Of a stretch of DNA of 64,000 nucleotides, positions 62,859-64,000 are shown piece after piece. The position numbers and the translations under genes are program-made. Position 1 is the first letter of the stretch. Each line of letters starts with the position of its first letter. The notes beneath the pieces are model-generated. The model had not been told where the DNA came from, made no database searches, and saw only the letters and a list, made by a program, of their open reading frames with translations. Source of the stretch: Calditrichia bacterium (lineage in GTDB: Bacteria > Calditrichota > Calditrichia > JAJRVZ01); NCBI GenBank assembly GCA_963796965.1, contig CAWCNS010000005.1, positions 480,001 to 544,000 of the forward strand, given 5' to 3'.

Positions 62859-64000
62859 TTATACTTGTTCAGAAGCATTGTCAATACGATCTACAGAAAT
62901 AACACCTTTTATTTTCTGTACACCATGAATTATTTTAGTCAGGTGGTTAAGATTATTCACTTCAATAATGACATTTCCCTTCACCAACATATCATCCAAT
63001 TTGAATCCAACCATAACAATATTCGTATCATTGCGTGAGATTGCTTCAGATATATCACGCAATAAATCCCGCCGGTCTTCACTCAATATGGACAGATGAA
63101 CCTGATAAAAATGGTCTTTATCGACCTCCCAGGAAACTTCTATTTTTTTCTCATGATCATCCGGGAGATTGATCATATTATTACAGTCAATCCGATGGAC
63201 CGTAATACCCTTACCTGTAGTAATATAACCAATTATTTTATCCCCGGGGACGGGTTGACAACATTTACCAAAATTGATAAGCATATTATCTAATCCTTGG
63301 ACATCGATCCCGGTGCCAGTTCGAGCCCGTTTAATATACTTTTTGAAGAAGGATTCCTTTTGCTCTTCAGGTGCCTCCTGCGGAAACAGTCTTCTTTTTT
63401 AGTGCCTCAGTCGTCAGATCGCCCCGACCCAAATCGAGTAACAGACTCTCCTGATTTTGATAACCCAGTTTTGGTAACACTTCCTGGAATTCAGAAGATT
63501 CCACCGAAAAATTATATTTTTTTAAAAACTTTGATAATATTTCTTCTCCAAATTTGATTGTCTGACTTTGTTGAACTTCACGTAAGAATTTCCTGATTCG
63601 TTGATGTGCTTTCCCGGTTTTTACAAATCCAAGCCAATCCTGGTGTGGCTCCTGATTAGCTGAAGTTATGATTTCAACCTGATCACCACTTTTTAACTTG
63701 GTTTTTAGGGGCACGATACGACCATTTACTTTTGCCCCGATACAATGCATCCCTACCCATGTATGAACCTGGAATGCAAAGTCTATCGGGGTGGAATCCC
63801 TGGGCATTTTGTGAAGATCACCTTTTGGCGTAAAAACAAAAACCTCATCCTGAAAAAGGTCAATTTTCAGGTTATGCATAAAATCACTCGGATCTTCTTC
63901 CTGCATCTGTGAATCGACCAGACTTCTAATCCATCCCATATGCCGTTCGAACTCCTCATCTCCGCTGACCCCTTCTTTATAGCGCCAGTGAGCAGCGATA
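62859..64000 (-). CDS. relA: RelA/SpoT (p)ppGpp synthetase/hydrolase, C-terminal part (TGS, ZFD, ACT); frameshift at about 63390; runs off the right edge
   Basis: IAAHWRYKE, VFVFTPKG, TPIDFAF, GAKVNG, KCCQPVPGD, VHRIDC. Confidence 0.93.

Noticed and set aside
33385..63400. Programmed frameshifting or phase variation in the oxidoreductase, LonC and relA
   Set aside because: Scattered indels in unrelated housekeeping genes are better explained by consensus error; this cannot be excluded without reads

Overview
A low-GC bacterial chromosomal window. It is most consistent with Calditrichota or a related FCB-group lineage (inference from the PorU-type C25 sortase and YPNPF(NP)/FlgD-Ig C-terminal sorting domains). 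It is mostly housekeeping, envelope, redox and signalling genes: porU between two paralogous TPR proteins, icd, a lapA/lapB-like/SPOR/Crp/histidine kinase run, an HD-GYP regulator, msrC, an IorAB-type molybdoenzyme, glpK-glpF, a xylose-isomerase-like enzyme, LonC-type protease, aroE, pspC, greA and relA/spoT. There are two tRNA genes: Gln(CTG) and selenocysteine (selC, TCA). The supplied ORF track misses a 72-aa Rdx/SelW-family selenoprotein (CxxU, in-frame UGA, SECIS-like hairpin) at 16526-16744. Intergenic DNA is crowded with several families of non-coding palindromic elements nested inside one another, including a 21-nt hairpin module seen at both a filled and an empty site. There is also a 155-bp tandem array and a possible small islet at the selC 3' end. 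Several genes carry single-base frameshifts that look like consensus errors. I saw no CRISPR array, reverse transcriptase, integrase or transposase. All family calls come from motif recognition by eye; no searches were run.
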